Shown here piece after piece: positions 35,830-47,416 of a stretch of DNA of 64,000 nucleotides. Numbering within the stretch: position 1 is the stretch's first letter; the number at the start of each line of letters is the position of its first letter. The stretch lies in assembly GCA_002104945.1 (NCBI GenBank), contig MCFH01000003.1, positions 62,001-126,000 on the forward strand, in the 5' to 3' direction. Source of the stretch: Piromyces finnis finn. Lineage: Eukaryota > Fungi > Neocallimastigomycota. The notes beneath the pieces are model-generated. The model was not told the DNA's origin. It saw nothing but the letters and a program-made list of their open reading frames with translations, and searched no databases. Position numbers and translations under genes: made by a program.

Positions 35830-36344
35830 CCTACATCAGATTGTTTAATAATTATTATTTTATTGGCATTAGAATTTCAATTCACAATATAAAATTTTGC
35901 AGAAAATAAATAAATACAATATATTAATAATTAATAATACATAAAAAAAAAAATTTACCAATAAGAAAAAAATATATATATTACCAATCAATATATAAAA
36001 AAAAAAAAAAAAAAAAATTTTTTTTTTTACCAATCAAATGTATAAAAAAAAAATTTTTTAAATTCTTTGCCAATTAATTAGATATTATTGAAATTATATA
36101 TAAAAAGTTAAATTTTCAAAAAAAAAAAAAAAAATTGATAATAATAGTAATAATAATAGATAACAATAATAACAATAACAAAAGATATATAAACTGTATT
36201 ATATTATAAAATATCAATATTTTCACAAATAAGATATACTACAATACTACAGTATTAGTAAAAAAAATATAATAATAATATCAATAAATAATATTTTATT
36301 CTACACTGATCTTATTTTATTTTTATAATTTAAAAATAGATAAT

Positions 36345-39300
36345 ATGGAATTCAATAGTAATAGTCAAGACATACAAGAAAATACTCCAAGGAGCGATAA
36401 GGCAACTGTTGAAACTTCCAAATTAATAGCTACCTTAACAGATATTCTACCAGCATTCCTCTCGCCTAATGGGATTCTTGCAAAAGAATCAGAAACTCAA
36501 GACGCGCCTAACTTATTGGAAATTATTGCTCAGAGTGAGGATTTCTTCGCAGAACATCCTAACTCTTTCTTGAGCGACGACAATAAGAGTTCCTTCATCA
36601 TAAACAAGTTACATGGAACCACAAGGAAATGGGGGCTATCTCTATTAGCCGATGGAACTCTGAAGAATCTAAGTTATGATAATTTTAAGGAACTACTTTT
36701 AAGGAACTTTGATGGAGGGGATAGCAGAAAAGAAAAATATGTTCTCATGGAAAAGCTATGGAAGTTAAAGCAGCAACAGTTGGGGAAAGTAACTGACTAC
36801 ACTATTGAATTCCGCCGCATCGCAAGTAGGATAGGATGGCAAGACGAAGTTTTCATTGATATTATTGGAAAGGGCCTACTAGATCGAGTCCGCGAAGAGT
36901 ATGACAAGATTGAAAAACCAAGAACCTTGTTTGAGGCTACCAATGCTATCATAGGTATCGATAGGAAATGCTACTTAGAAAGTTATATCAGACACAAACC
37001 AAGTAAAATTCATGGAAAACATCATAAATCTTTTGGAAGGAAAAAGCACGACTTAACTAAAGTTGAGAATAAGTTTACATCGTTCAACCAAAGAAAGGGC
37101 AAGACTAAGAGTGAAATTTTATCAGCAAATTACACTCCTAATAACAAAACCTCAATGACAACTGTTTTCACTATTCACATAAAGGGAAAAGTCATCAAAT
37201 GTAATTTTTTGATTGACTCAGGATCTGCGAAAAGCTTTATCTGCCGAACCTTTGCTACCAACAACAAATTACCAACTTCAGGTCTCACCTCTCCCATCAA
37301 TATTCAGCTTCCCAACAGTAAAAACATGACCATCAGACATGTTACTACCCCTTTGAAGCTCAAGTTAATGGATCATGTTGAGGATTACGAATTTTTTATT
37401 GGTAATCTTCAACTTCACGGCATCTGTGGAATTCTAGGAAGGGATTGGCTTGCAATTCATAATCCTTATATTAATTTTAAAACAAATAAAATATATTTCT
37501 TGGATTATTATTGCAAAGATCATTGTAAGTCTTGTAGAGGTAATAAATTTGTTTTTAAATCAAAAGATGTTACAGCTACAATGGTTTATAATGAAAACTG
37601 TATTAACGACTCTATTATCCCGGAGAATATCACAGAAGAAGAAATCCAAGACCACAACTACAACTGGTGCAACGCTATGATAGAGATGGGAACTATCATA
37701 GATGGGAAGGCTACCGAGGATGCAACCATCAGCAAAGCTCTAGCCAAAGAAGACATTATAAAGAAGTACTACTCTAATTTAATGAAGGTGTTCGAAAAGA
37801 CAGAAGCCGACAAACTTCCACCTCATCGAGTTTATGACATTTCGATTGACTTAATACCAAATAGTCAATTATACTTTGGTCCAATATATTCATTAACAGT
37901 TGTCGAGTTAGAAACCTTAAAAAAATATATTAATGAAAATCTTGAAAAGGGTTTCATTCGAAAGTCCAAGTCACCAGCCGGTGCTCCTGTCTTGTTCGTG
38001 AAAAAACATGACGGATCCCTTCGACTATGTGTAGACTACCGACGTTTGAACGCAGTTACCATCAGGAACAGCTACCCCCTTCCAAAGATTAATGATTTGA
38101 TTGAATCATTCAAAAGTGCTTCAATCTTTACTAGGCTCGATCTTAGATCAGCCTATAACTTGGTTCGTGTCAAGGAAGGCCATGAATATTTAACTGCTTT
38201 CCGAACTCCGCTTGGACATTATGAATATCTTGTAATGCCCTTCGGTCTTCGTAACGCACCTTCAGTCTTTCAAAGATTCATACAAGATGTGCTTACAGAT
38301 GTTATCGGTTCTTATGCTCAAGTCTATTTAGATGATATAATTATTTATTCAAAAAATATAGACGAACATATCAAGCATGTCAAGAAAATACTTCAACTCC
38401 TTATCGATAATGGCCTCTATGTGAAACTCGAAAAATGCGATTTTCACGTTAAGTCAACTACATTCTTAGGATTCAATGTCTCTCCAAATGGCCTTACAAT
38501 GGATCCTAACAAGGTGAAATCAATCTTGGATTGGCCAACGCCAAAAAACTTAAAAGAACTCCAGAGTTTTTTGGGTTTATGCAACTTTTACAGAAAGTTC
38601 ATAAAAAACTTTGCCGAAATAATGGAACCTCTTCGTAGACTACTAAAAGGTAACTCTGTTTTCAATTGGGATACTCAAGCTGAACGGTCCTTCAATCTAC
38701 TTAAACAGGCTTTTAAAAATGACGAATTACTTATCTTTCCAAATCCAGACAAAGAATTCGTAGTTGAATCAGACGCAAGTGACTTTGCGTTAGGATGCGT
38801 TCTCTCACAAATTAGCGATAAAGATAATATGTTACATCCTGTAGCATTTTACTCAAGATCTTTGAACAAAGCTGAAGCTAACTACACTATCTATGATAAG
38901 GAGCTTCTTGCTGTTATTACTGCCTTTGATGTATGGAGACATCATTTAGAAGGCGCAAAGTTCCCAATTCAAGTTATCACCGATCACAAAAATCTACTCT
39001 ATTGGAAAAAGCCTCAACGTCTTAATCAGAGACAAATCCGCTGGGGCATGTTCTTGTCAAAATTTGATTATAGAATTTCTTTCAGACCCGGTGCTAGAAG
39101 TGGGAAGCCTGACTCGCTCTCAAGAAGGCCAGATTACAAACCAAATGAATATAAATCTAATGAATATATCATTCCTGAAAAGAATATTTGCTGTGCCACA
39201 AGAGATAATATTAATAATCTTATTGAGTCACAGAGGTCTGATAAATATTGTAGAAACATCCTTTCCAAAATCAAATCAGGGACTGAAATAAAAAGTGCCT

Positions 39301-40430
39301 TGTTCAAAATCGTCGACGGTGTTCTCCATTTTCAAAACCGTATATTAGTGCCATCTGCGTTGAAAGGAAACATATTAAAATCCTTTCATGATACTCCTAC
39401 AAATGGTCACCAGGGTATTGACAAAACGCTTGAAAAACTTAAACGTTACTACTGGTGGCCTAATATGAAAAATGATGTTAGAAATTTTGTCCTTTCATGT
39501 AAAACTTGTGGAAAGAACAAAATAAGAAGACATAAACCATATGGTAAGATTCAACCTCTCCCTGTTCCTAACAAGCCATGGGAAATAATAGGTGTAGACT
39601 TCATTGTCTACCTTCCAAGCTCTCAGGACTGCTCTTGTATTATGGTTGTATCGGATCATTTTACTAAAATGGTTCATTTAATTCCCTGCTCCGACGTACC
39701 CTCTGCTGACCTAACAGCTAAACTTTTGTTATTCAATGTATTTCGCTACCATGGATTTCCTAAGGTAATAGTTTCGGATCACGGTACCCAGTTTTCCTCC
39801 GAATATTGGACTTCGCTTTGTTCGGCCTTGCATGTAAAGCCTCGACTTGCTACAGCTCACCATCAACAGTCAAATGGACAAGTCGAGAGAGCCAACTCAG
39901 TGATTGAACAATATCTTCGCTGTTACTGTTCTTCGGCACAACATGAATGGTTTTCTTATCTTCCCTTATGTGAGTTAGCTTATAACAATTCTCTTCACAA
40001 GTCTATAGGAATGTCGCCATTTTTCGCCAATTATGGGTTCCATCCGGAATGTAATATTGATTCTCCCCCGATTCTACTTAAGGATAACGCTTCATCTCTT
40101 ACTAGAGATTGGTCGTCCCATTTTAATGCCTTAAAAAAACAACTAAATCAAGCTAAAGAAGACTTCAAGAAGTATGGAGATAATCACAAATCCACGGGTC
40201 CAGAGCTTAAGGTCAATGATATGGTTTGGCTCAAGCGCCATTATTTTACTAATGAACCTGCTAAGAATCTAGCTTCTCAATATTTAGGACCATTCCGCAT
40301 TTCTGAAAAGAGGGAACGTATGAATTACAGGCTTGAATTACCAGAAAATCTTAACATTCATCCTGTATTTCATATTTCACAATTGGAACCTTATACGAGT
40401 AGAAATCCTGAACTAAAGGAACATTTATAA
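36345..40430 (+). CDS. gag-pol: Single Gag-Pol polyprotein of B
   Basis: 1361-aa intact ORF: FLIDSGS, YLDDI, VESDASDFALG, HHCC/DDE, GPF module. Confidence 0.96.
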   Translation: MEFNSNSQDIQENTPRSDKATVETSKLIATLTDILPAFLSPNGILAKESETQDAPNLLEIIAQSEDFFAEHPNSFLSDDNKSSFIINKLHGTTRKWGLSLLADGTLKNLSYDNFKELLLRNFDGGDSRKEKYVLMEKLWKLKQQQLGKVTDYTIEFRRIASRIGWQDEVFIDIIGKGLLDRVREEYDKIEKPRTLFEATNAIIGIDRKCYLESYIRHKPSKIHGKHHKSFGRKKHDLTKVENKFTSFNQRKGKTKSEILSANYTPNNKTSMTTVFTIHIKGKVIKCNFLIDSGSAKSFICRTFATNNKLPTSGLTSPINIQLPNSKNMTIRHVTTPLKLKLMDHVEDYEFFIGNLQLHGICGILGRDWLAIHNPYINFKTNKIYFLDYYCKDHCKSCRGNKFVFKSKDVTATMVYNENCINDSIIPENITEEEIQDHNYNWCNAMIEMGTIIDGKATEDATISKALAKEDIIKKYYSNLMKVFEKTEADKLPPHRVYDISIDLIPNSQLYFGPIYSLTVVELETLKKYINENLEKGFIRKSKSPAGAPVLFVKKHDGSLRLCVDYRRLNAVTIRNSYPLPKINDLIESFKSASIFTRLDLRSAYNLVRVKEGHEYLTAFRTPLGHYEYLVMPFGLRNAPSVFQRFIQDVLTDVIGSYAQVYLDDIIIYSKNIDEHIKHVKKILQLLIDNGLYVKLEKCDFHVKSTTFLGFNVSPNGLTMDPNKVKSILDWPTPKNLKELQSFLGLCNFYRKFIKNFAEIMEPLRRLLKGNSVFNWDTQAERSFNLLKQAFKNDELLIFPNPDKEFVVESDASDFALGCVLSQISDKDNMLHPVAFYSRSLNKAEANYTIYDKELLAVITAFDVWRHHLEGAKFPIQVITDHKNLLYWKKPQRLNQRQIRWGMFLSKFDYRISFRPGARSGKPDSLSRRPDYKPNEYKSNEYIIPEKNICCATRDNINNLIESQRSDKYCRNILSKIKSGTEIKSALFKIVDGVLHFQNRILVPSALKGNILKSFHDTPTNGHQGIDKTLEKLKRYYWWPNMKNDVRNFVLSCKTCGKNKIRRHKPYGKIQPLPVPNKPWEIIGVDFIVYLPSSQDCSCIMVVSDHFTKMVHLIPCSDVPSADLTAKLLLFNVFRYHGFPKVIVSDHGTQFSSEYWTSLCSALHVKPRLATAHHQQSNGQVERANSVIEQYLRCYCSSAQHEWFSYLPLCELAYNNSLHKSIGMSPFFANYGFHPECNIDSPPILLKDNASSLTRDWSSHFNALKKQLNQAKEDFKKYGDNHKSTGPELKVNDMVWLKRHYFTNEPAKNLASQYLGPFRISEKRERMNYRLELPENLNIHPVFHISQLEPYTSRNPELKEHL

Positions 40431-42132
40431 AGGGAGCAATGTAAGAATTAATAATTATTTATTGAATAATTATTAATTCTTATTTAATTATTTTTTTAAT
40501 TATTAAATTAATTAATTATTTAAATTATTAGCATACATTCATTTAAATTACTATAAACAGTTATTTATATTAATATTAATTATTCATTTACTAAATGTAA
40601 AATTTATTTAATTATTATATTAATTAATTATTTATTTAATTTAGTAATTTATCTAAAATAATAGTAAACATTCATTTATTCTATTATTTAATAATTTTTG
40701 TATTACATTTTATAAGAAACATTATGTATTTTATTTTACGTTTGTATTTTATATTTATGTATCGTATCTTGAAATAACTTATAGAAACAACTAGAAGATA
40801 TAAATAAATATTAGGGCAATCGGATATTAAGGTTTTTCCGAATTTTATTCGGTTTTACTTAATATTACGATGATTGATATATTAGTTATCAATCGAATAT
40901 CTTTTTAGGTTTTTCTTCTAGTCTTTTCCTAAAAAGATTATTTGTTAAGATTAGAAATTTTTTATTAAACTTTAAATTATTAAAAAATTATAAATAAAAG
41001 AACTCTGGAATACCACTTAAAAATCCAGAGTTATTATTATAAGAACTATTATAATAAATAACCTTTATTAAAACAATATTAATAAAATATTTTAAATTAA
41101 TTAACATTAAAAGTTTTGTGTTGTTTATTATACTTCCTTATAATAAACTCTTATTAAGATAAGTATAAAATTTTATTTTAACTTCTCAGTTTAATAATAC
41201 TAATTATTATTAAATTGAAGATAATAATTATTATTATATAATACATATAATAATAATTATTACATTTTGTTAAGGAATGAACATAAATAGTTGAATTAGC
41301 TAGAATTTTAGGAATTAACCTTCAACTATTTATATTCCTTACTAGTGTTTAACTCTATTTTTAAAATATAAAAATTATAATATATAATTTTTATACATTT
41401 TTCTAGTAATTATTCATATTTTTATTATATAGTTATATTATTTGTATATAGTTATTTAAGACCTTTATTATTAGTATTAGTATAATTACTTATAATATTT
41501 TATACTTATAAATTTTACAAAATTTTATTATTAAAATAGTTATAGGAATTTTATTATTATTTAAGGTTTATTTTATTAATTAACTTTATTGTATAATATT
41601 TTATAATTTGAAATTATGACATAGAATTTAATTATAATTTTTACTAAAAGAGGCAACTGTTACACACAAAACAGAAGATACCTCGACAGAAAAATTATTA
41701 TTTATGTCTAAAAAAGGGCATAATTAATTGAATAATATAATTTTATTATATGTCATAATTAAATATATAATATATGATATGCAAAAATGTTACACATATC
41801 ATAAATTAAAATTTTATTAATTATAAATTAAAAATTTTTCTATTCAAATATTAAGAGATTATTCATAATATATATTAAGGATTTAATTAATATATGTTAC
41901 AGTGAATGATCCATATATTATGAATGAAATCAATTTAAATCCTTAGCTATCCAAAACCATTAAATTTCAAATAATGGATAGTTGGAAAAAGTACGAGGAT
42001 TTTTGAGAAAATTTTTAAAAATTGAAAAATCAAAAATAAATTAAATGAATAAAAATTAAAATTAAATAAATTTTTATTTTTATAACTATTCAAGTGTTTT
42101 GTGATATCTTATTTGAACCGTAGCATAATTAA

Positions 42133-42151
42133 TGGTGGAGATATCGGGGAT
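42133..42151 (+). other. PBS of C, complementary to the tRNA-Ala(TGC) 3' end
   Basis: TGGTGGAGATATCGGGGAT is the exact reverse complement of 34627-34642 plus CCA. Confidence 0.95.
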
Positions 42152-42539
42152 AATAATAACATATTGATATCACACTACATTTTTATAGTTATTTTTATAT
42201 TTATTTTTGTATTATTATTTAATTAAAATAGTTAATAATTCAAAAGAGGGTTATACTAGTATAATAAAAAGTTATATACTTCAAGGCACAATTAAAATAG
42301 TTAATAGAGAGAAATTAATATTGTTAATTGGTGCAGTTAAGGAAGTATTTTATATTGGTATTACTAGTTTAACTAAAGAGAATAAGTATTAGTGTTGTTA
42401 ATTAAATATATTTCAAATATTGTTGTAATTCATTCTTTTAAATTCTTATAAAAGAAAATTATTTTTTTTAAACTTGTTTCATTCTTTAATATTATTGTAA
42501 AATTGTATTTTTATCTTTATTTAAAACTTGTATATAAAA

Positions 42540-43448
42540 ATGAGTACGGGAGCTGATAAATCTATTGACTTTGCTAAATTAATGAAGGAATTAAAGCATG
42601 TCACTAGATTAACCGAAGATAATTTGGACATTAAGACTTGGTATAGTCAATTAAAGTATTGGACTATGCTTCAAGATGCTAAAAGTCCAAAAATGGTGTT
42701 TCTAGCTTGTTTGTTTACTACTACAGGAACACCAAATGAACTTATTCAAGAGTTGAATCCTAATAAGGACTTTGAAAGTGATGAAGACAGTGAAGATAGT
42801 GATGAAGAAGATGAAGGTAGAGGAAAGAGAAGAGCTCACTACCCTTCCCTTAAAAAGATAGTCACTATGTTAGAAGAATTTTATGGAGTAAAGGAAGATC
42901 AAATAGAACTTCTCAAGGAGCTTAGGGATATGCGAATCAAAAAGAATGAAAAAGTAAAAGACTTCAACATAAGGTACCGTTCCTTGTATGTCAAACTAGA
43001 CAAGAAGCGTAGAAGGAAAGTAGATGTTGAAGATTACTTAGATTCCATTGAGCCTAACTATAAAGCCTGGGAAAATGTGCGTAGGGAAAAAGAAGTTACC
43101 TTAGCAGAAGCCTACAAGCTTGCCGAAGATGGGGATAGACTAAATTTAAGAAATCGTCATAAAGCTAACAATTATGATGTATCCACCTCTTCTAACTCTG
43201 ATAAAAGATATAAAAATAAATATGAAAGAAAAGAAGATAGCTATGAAAGGAACAAGAAGCCAACAATAGCGAATTATGGTAATGATAAGAAAGATCCTAT
43301 GAATGAGTTGACGGAGAAAATGAGAAACTTAACTATCAAAACTTGCTACTTTTGCAACGAGAAGGGACACTTTCAATATCATTGTCCTAAACTGAGTGCC
43401 ATAGTAGAAGAAAACAAACAAAAGGCCAGAAAAGGTCATTTAAATTAG
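42540..43448 (+). CDS. gag: Gag of C
   Basis: ORF with CYFCNEKGHFQYHC zinc knuckle; first ATG at 42540 (ORF track starts at TTG 42528). Confidence 0.9.
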   Translation: MSTGADKSIDFAKLMKELKHVTRLTEDNLDIKTWYSQLKYWTMLQDAKSPKMVFLACLFTTTGTPNELIQELNPNKDFESDEDSEDSDEEDEGRGKRRAHYPSLKKIVTMLEEFYGVKEDQIELLKELRDMRIKKNEKVKDFNIRYRSLYVKLDKKRRRKVDVEDYLDSIEPNYKAWENVRREKEVTLAEAYKLAEDGDRLNLRNRHKANNYDVSTSSNSDKRYKNKYERKEDSYERNKKPTIANYGNDKKDPMNELTEKMRNLTIKTCYFCNEKGHFQYHCPKLSAIVEENKQKARKGHLN

Positions 43449-46400
43449 ATAGTGGGAGAAGAAGCACTCCCAGTAATCCAAAAATAGCTTCACTTAATAA
43501 CAGTTCAGTTGATAATAATGAGTACTCTGAATATTCTGAGTATTCTGACTTATCAGATAATGAAGAAATATCTTCTATTGAAGATAAAATTATTGCTGCA
43601 GCTAAAAGAAAAGCTAATGATGAAGAAGACTCTTCCAAGAAAAGAGTACAAAAATCATTAAAAGAAGACCCAAGACCAATAGTTACCCCTGCTACTAGGA
43701 AGCAACAAGAACGTGAACTCAGTAATGAGAGTTTAGAATCAGGTTCACCATCACAACCCAAGAACCAACTTGACACGTCTGTTCTGAGTCAACCTAATAT
43801 TAACAAGGAAAAAGAGAAAAGTAAAAGACTCAGAGAAAAACAAAGAAGTAAACCACCAACCCCCATAAATAAAGACGAAAGAGAAGAAAACGAAGATATG
43901 GAGGTCAGTATTGATACGGAAGATAAAGTAGAAGTAGAAAAAGCTAAAAAGAAAAATACAGATATTCTACCGACGTTATTGAAAATGACTAAAGATAAAG
44001 AAAAAGATAAAACTAAAGAGGAGAAAGTCACACGTAATATCCAAATGAGAGGTGATACCAGTGATTATGATATTTTTGAAGATTTAAACACAGCTAAATG
44101 TGATATTACTTATGGACAGTTATTTAATGTATGCCCAAAAATAAGAACACAACTTTCCCAAGGACTAAAGTTAGAGAAAGTACAAAGCAAGGTATCAGGT
44201 GCATTAAATAACATAGTAGCTACTACAACCTTATTAAATAATATCAACCATGACTATATAAGTAAGAATAATGAAGCTTCAGAAGAGGATATAGCAATGG
44301 TGGATGCGACTGTGGATGGGATACCAGGAAAACTACTGGTGGATACGTGTAGTAACTTAAATGTTATTACATCTTCTTTTTACAAAAGACTACCAAAGGA
44401 ATATGAAGTGGTAGGAATAAGCAAAGGACGTATTCGACTAGCTACTACTGATGAAGAATACTCTGAGGGTACTGTGGTGCGTATACCAGTTAGAATAGGA
44501 GAGGTAGAACTAGTGGTTGACTTCAGAATACTTGAAAAAGAAGAACCGTTCTATGATATGTTAATAAATTATAAAACTCAAGTAGATAATTTATTATATA
44601 TAAATCCAGTAACCAAGAGCTTATGTCAAGTGAAAGAAAGAGGTGTAGTAGAAGAAATAGTACCTATCAATAACCAATATTATAATGAAGGAAAATTGGT
44701 ATGTACTATTAAGAAGATACCAGATGGAGATACTAAAAGCTTGAAGTCTATTGAAGGTTTACCACCTCAGGAGTATATACACAATGAGATATTCTTGAAC
44801 ACCTTACCAAAAGATAAACGGAAAGAAATACTCCGACTTTTGGAAGAAAACTTAGAGATTATTGCGACGTCTTCTGAGGAATTAACGCCTTCTAAATTAT
44901 CACCACATAAAATAAATCTAAAGGCTGGTGTAAAACCAGTTAAACAAAGAGCTTATAGGTTAACTAAATTTAAATCAGATATACTAAAAGAAGAGTTAAC
45001 TAAGCTAATAGAAAAAAAGTTAATAGAGCCGTCCTATTCAGAATGGTCCTCCCCTGTAGTTCTGGTTCCAAAACATAATGGTAAGTGGAGAATGTGTGTG
45101 GACTATAGGAGAGTGAACGACCTCACGGAAAAGGACTCTTATTCACTCCCCTATATTGATGAAATATTTGATAGTCTGAACGGAGCCAAAATATTCACTA
45201 CTATGGACTTATATTCAGGTTATCATCAAATTTCTATGCATGAGGAAAGCACTGAGGTTACTAGTTTTACTACCAAGTTTGGTAACTATCAGTTTAAGGT
45301 CATGCCGTTTGGGTTAACTAATGCACCAGCAACTTTTCAGAGGGAAATGAATAAGATATTATTTCCTTTAATAGGAAATTGTGTATATAATTTTATTGAT
45401 GATGTACTCATATATTCCAAGAGTGTGGAAGAACACATGGAACATATTAAGAGAGTATTTGAAATATTGAAAGAAAATGAATTAAAAATAAATCTTGAGA
45501 AATGTAGTTTTATGAAGGAAGAAGTAAATGTATTAGGTCACAGGTTATCTACTAAAGGTTTGAGTCCTTTGGAAAGTAAAATAGAAGCCATAAGGAAGTG
45601 GGAAGCTCCAGGAAATATTCATGAGTTACGTTCATTTTTGGGTGCAGTAGGATATTATCGAAATTTTATTCCTAATTATTCTCAAGTAACCGCGCCCTTA
45701 TGTGAGTTATTAAAGAAAAATGTACGATATAAATGGGAAGAAAAACATGAAAAAGCATTTAAAGTATTAAAAGAAAAACTGATAAACGCTCCCATTTTAA
45801 AGTTTCCTGAATTTGATAAGCCTTTTATCATACGTACGGACGCGTCGTATGAAGGAGTGGGTGGTGTTTTATTACAAGAAGATGAAACTAACAAAATAGA
45901 ACACCCTGTACATTATATTAGTCGAAGTCTTAGTAAAGCGGAGAAGAACTATGGAATAACAGAGTTAGAAGGTGCTGCGTTATTCTTTTGCGTGAGTAAG
46001 TTAAAACCTTATATTTTAGGAAACCCGTACACTACTATGGTTTATACGGACCATAAACCACTTTTGGGTTTATTTAAAAATAAGGAACCAAATAGTGCAC
46101 GTCACAACAGATGGTGTCTTACAGTAAGTCAGTTGGATATTGATATTCAATATGATAAAGGAAAGAATAATGTTATAGCTGATGCATTATCAAGAATGAA
46201 GAATAAAGAGGAGAAAAAGATACTGGTAACAAAAATTAATAAAACTAATAATGAAGAGTTATTAACCAAAGTTATTAAGGAGTTTATAGCTGAAAAATTT
46301 ACTACCATAGATGGGAAGGACTATTTCGTAGATGGTAATAACTTACGTCAGCTAATATCTACTGTAGAAGAAAAAGTAAAGTTAATATTTCAAGCACATA

Positions 46401-47416
46401 ACGTAGGTCATGAAGGTTATTATAAGACTTATCAAAGGTTAAAGAAAAATTATTATTGGAATGATATGATAGCGGATATTAAAAGAATTATTAGCAAGTG
46501 TGAGAAGTGTCAAGTAAATAGACCACAACCTTATCCAGAACCAACTGAGGACAAAGCTACTAAAGTGGAAGGACCATTTGTACATCTAGGTTTGGATATT
46601 ATTGGGCCATTACCTAAGACAAGAAATAGTAAACAATATATAATAGTCATAGTTGACTATTTTACTAAATGGGTAGAAGCCGAAGCGGTGGAAACTGTTA
46701 CTTCTCTGGACGTGATAAAGTTTTTAATAAATGTGTTTGCAAGACATGGGGTACCACAAGTTATTACTACAGATAATGGAACTCAATTTACCTCAGATAT
46801 GACAAAGATATTTCTAGACCTATATGACGTATATGTGAAGTTCACAGTTCCCTACCACCCTGAAAGTAATGGATTAACAGAAAACCGAAATAAGGAAATT
46901 GGGAAACTTTTAAGACTTTTAGGGAAAGAAAGTAAAGACTGGGATGAAGTTCTACCTTCCGCGCTTTGGGCCTTAAGAACTACAAAGAATACGGCTACGA
47001 AACATTCAAGTTTTGAGCTAGTTTATGGTAGGGAAGACCAACAACCTTTTGATATAGCTGCCCGACCCACTAAAGATCAAAACAAGAGTTCCGATGAAAT
47101 TCTTTTGGAAAAGTTTATAAATCACTACCGATGGACCCTAGAAGCTGCTGAAAATGTAAAGACGGCTAATAAATATTGGTCTATGAGAAGAGAAGAAAAA
47201 TTAAGTATGAACCAAGCTAAGAAAATAAAAGTAGGTGACCTAGTTTTGGTAAGAAACTTCAGTAGAACAAAATTGGAACCTTACTTTGTAGGACCTCTCA
47301 AAGTGGTCCAGAAACAGTTCAATACAGTAGTCTTAGCAGACCCAGAAACTGGAGTACTAATGAACAGAAATGTACATTTCAAAAATGTCGTTAAATATAA
47401 CTCAGCAACGGAGTAG
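43439..47416 (+). CDS. pol: Pol of C via -1 frameshift (ORF track 43898-47416)
   Basis: -1 frame is open from TTTAAAT (43439-43445); LLVDTCS protease-like, FIDDV RT, IRTDASYEGVG RNase H, HHCC/DDE integrase, PYFVGP. Confidence 0.92.
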   Translation, partial: FKLDSGRRSTPSNPKIASLNNSSVDNNEYSEYSEYSDLSDNEEISSIEDKIIAAAKRKANDEEDSSKKRVQKSLKEDPRPIVTPATRKQQERELSNESLESGSPSQPKNQLDTSVLSQPNINKEKEKSKRLREKQRSKPPTPINKDEREENEDMEVSIDTEDKVEVEKAKKKNTDILPTLLKMTKDKEKDKTKEEKVTRNIQMRGDTSDYDIFEDLNTAKCDITYGQLFNVCPKIRTQLSQGLKLEKVQSKVSGALNNIVATTTLLNNINHDYISKNNEASEEDIAMVDATVDGIPGKLLVDTCSNLNVITSSFYKRLPKEYEVVGISKGRIRLATTDEEYSEGTVVRIPVRIGEVELVVDFRILEKEEPFYDMLINYKTQVDNLLYINPVTKSLCQVKERGVVEEIVPINNQYYNEGKLVCTIKKIPDGDTKSLKSIEGLPPQEYIHNEIFLNTLPKDKRKEILRLLEENLEIIATSSEELTPSKLSPHKINLKAGVKPVKQRAYRLTKFKSDILKEELTKLIEKKLIEPSYSEWSSPVVLVPKHNGKWRMCVDYRRVNDLTEKDSYSLPYIDEIFDSLNGAKIFTTMDLYSGYHQISMHEESTEVTSFTTKFGNYQFKVMPFGLTNAPATFQREMNKILFPLIGNCVYNFIDDVLIYSKSVEEHMEHIKRVFEILKENELKINLEKCSFMKEEVNVLGHRLSTKGLSPLESKIEAIRKWEAPGNIHELRSFLGAVGYYRNFIPNYSQVTAPLCELLKKNVRYKWEEKHEKAFKVLKEKLINAPILKFPEFDKPFIIRTDASYEGVGGVLLQEDETNKIEHPVHYISRSLSKAEKNYGITELEGAALFFCVSKLKPYILGNPYTTMVYTDHKPLLGLFKNKEPNSARHNRWCLTVSQLDIDIQYDKGKNNVIADALSRMKNKEEKKILVTKINKTNNEELLTKVIKEFIAEKFTTIDGKDYFVDGNNLRQLISTVEEKVKLIFQAHNVGHEGYYKTYQRLKKNYYWNDMIADIKRIISKCEKCQVNRPQPYPEPTEDKATKVEGPFVHLGLDIIGPLPKTRNSKQYIIVIVDYFTKWVEAEAVETVTSLDVIKFLINVFARHGVPQVITTDNGTQFTSDMTKIFLDLYDVYVKFTVPYHPESNGLTENRNKEIGKLLRLLGKESKDWDEVLPSALWALRTTKNTATKHSSFELVYGREDQQPFDIAARPTKDQNKSSDEILLEKFINHYRWTLEAAENVKTANKYWSMRREEKLSMNQAKKIKVGDLVLVRNFSRTKLEPYFVGPLKVVQKQFNTVVLADPETGVLMNRNVHFKNVVKYNSATE

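Larger units (their letters stand above)
34994..41264 (+). mobile_element. Full-length Ty3/gypsy element B (A-related, Tf1-like, no chromodomain)
   Basis: 825-bp LTRs at 34994-35818 and 40440-41264; TSD TTTTG; PPT AAAGGGAGCAA; starts 15 nt upstream of tRNA-Thr. Confidence 0.97.
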
